Under the pieces are notes generated by a model. It ran no database searches and was not told the DNA's origin. It saw only the letters and a program-made list of their open reading frames with translations. From Candidatus Electronema aureum (GTDB lineage: Bacteria; Desulfobacterota; Desulfobulbia; Desulfobulbales; Desulfobulbaceae), in contig NQJD01000046.1 in NCBI GenBank assembly GCA_004284765.1, positions 1 through 15,543 of the forward strand: a stretch of DNA of 15,543 nucleotides, given 5' to 3'. Position numbers and translations under genes: made by a program. Numbering within the stretch: position 1 is the first letter of the stretch; every line of letters starts with the position of its first letter. This document shows positions 14,739-15,543 of the stretch, piece by piece.

Positions 14739-15339
14739 AGGTGTGTTGTCCCTGTTGTTAGTCTGCATTGTTACAGGTTGCATCTGCCATGAAACAGGGA
14801 CAGCTTATTCTTCCACGCAAATAGATCAATCATCGGCAGGGGATAATTCTCCTGTTGTCAATGCTGCTGGCAATGTAACTATAAATATCTTGCCACCAGG
14901 AAATATAAAGGAGGATACAAATAAGCTTCGAATGGGAACCTACCGTGTCACGCCTGATGGTGAAGGTGCGTTGACACCGGAGATGATCGAAGAATGCATT
15001 TACTTGAACATGGACGTGGATGCCAAGTATTCTGTCATTGTCAAAACCAAGGAGCAGTTTGACGTGCTCAACAAGGAGTTGACAGAGATTGGCGAGCGGC
15101 TCAAAGCGGCCAAGAATGAGGTGGATCGAAGCGGTTGCACGGCACGTTCCGCATATGATGCTAAGGTGATGAATTACAACTCCCGCCTGCCGGAGCTTGA
15201 TCATCTGCTTGACCTGTACAAGCAGAGAGTCAAAGCCTATCAAGACAAGAGCGACAGGTTTGACCGCGAGTGCAACGGTCAGCCTTATTATGAGGATGAT
15301 TACGCAGCGATGGTCAAAAAAGTGGGTCGTGGTATGTAG
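14728..15339 (+). CDS. Lipoprotein with a coiled-coil, Cys-containing C-terminal domain (hypothetical)
   Basis: GGAGG lies 6 nt before ATG 14728. The sequence MKNKGVLSLLLVCIVTGC carries the lipobox VTGC. The gene overlaps the upstream gene by 11 nt. The C-terminal region runs ...YDAKVMNYNSRLPELDHLLDLYKQRVKAYQDKSDRFDRECNGQPYYEDD. The ORF-track start at 14701 lacks an SD. Confidence 0.65.
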   Translation: MKNKGVLSLLLVCIVTGCICHETGTAYSSTQIDQSSAGDNSPVVNAAGNVTINILPPGNIKEDTNKLRMGTYRVTPDGEGALTPEMIEECIYLNMDVDAKYSVIVKTKEQFDVLNKELTEIGERLKAAKNEVDRSGCTARSAYDAKVMNYNSRLPELDHLLDLYKQRVKAYQDKSDRFDRECNGQPYYEDDYAAMVKKVGRGM

Positions 15340-15543
15340 TTTTTTGTTTCCATTTGAGCTGCAACTTGGTTCTCATCACTATAGCAGGTAATGGTGAACC
15401 ATGAGTGGCAAAGCGGACGGCTCCCTAAAAAACACATTGAATTTACCATTAAAAACAATATAATATTGAAAAAGTTGACTTCCGACTTGGTCTCAGTTTT
15501 CAGAGGGCGAATGCCCGCCAGCCAAACGCCGTTCTTATGAAAG

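Noticed and set aside
15340-15543. The terminal 200 bp, checked for a tRNA, an IS inverted repeat matching the left-edge IS30, or a gene start (20-codon ATG ORF at 15411; ATG at 15536).
   Set aside because: I found no cloverleaf-compatible structure, no similarity to the 209..322 IS-flanking sequence, and the ORFs are too short or truncated to evaluate.

Overview
This looks like a chromosomal window from a moderately GC-rich anaerobe. Desulfobacterota or Geobacter-like is my guess, inferred from the cobA-hemD fusion next to hemC, a small 2x[4Fe-4S] ferredoxin and a FeS/DUF3786 protein. Sampled 60-nt lines in the core genes run about 55-62% G+C. Recognisable core genes: gmhA-like SIS isomerase, a deoxyhypusine-synthase-like protein, hemC, cobA-hemD, two outer-membrane beta-barrel proteins (convergent, each with its own terminator), ferredoxin, a FeS/DUF3786 protein, and rfbB-rfbC. 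Accessory material interrupts this backbone. (i) The N-terminal end of an IS30-family transposase runs off the left edge and abuts gmhA. (ii) An island at 1880-4737 holds a strictly phased array of twelve 21-bp units with a palindromic core, an AT-rich bitopic membrane protein, a 43-aa ORF, xisH interrupted by an in-frame TAG, xisI, and a Cys-rich zinc-finger protein. (iii) A roughly 1-kb AT-rich orphan gene sits between hemC and cobA-hemD. (iv) After rfbC there is an overlapping pair, a 3-TM protein and a lipoprotein, that share a 25-aa motif inside an AT-rich patch. I see no rRNA, tRNA or CRISPR array, and I cannot recognise any canonical defence, toxin-antitoxin or secretion system. The most unusual signals are the 21-bp palindromic array, the orphan inside the haem operon, and the motif-sharing membrane/lipoprotein pair. 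All homology statements come from motif-level recognition by eye, not from searches.
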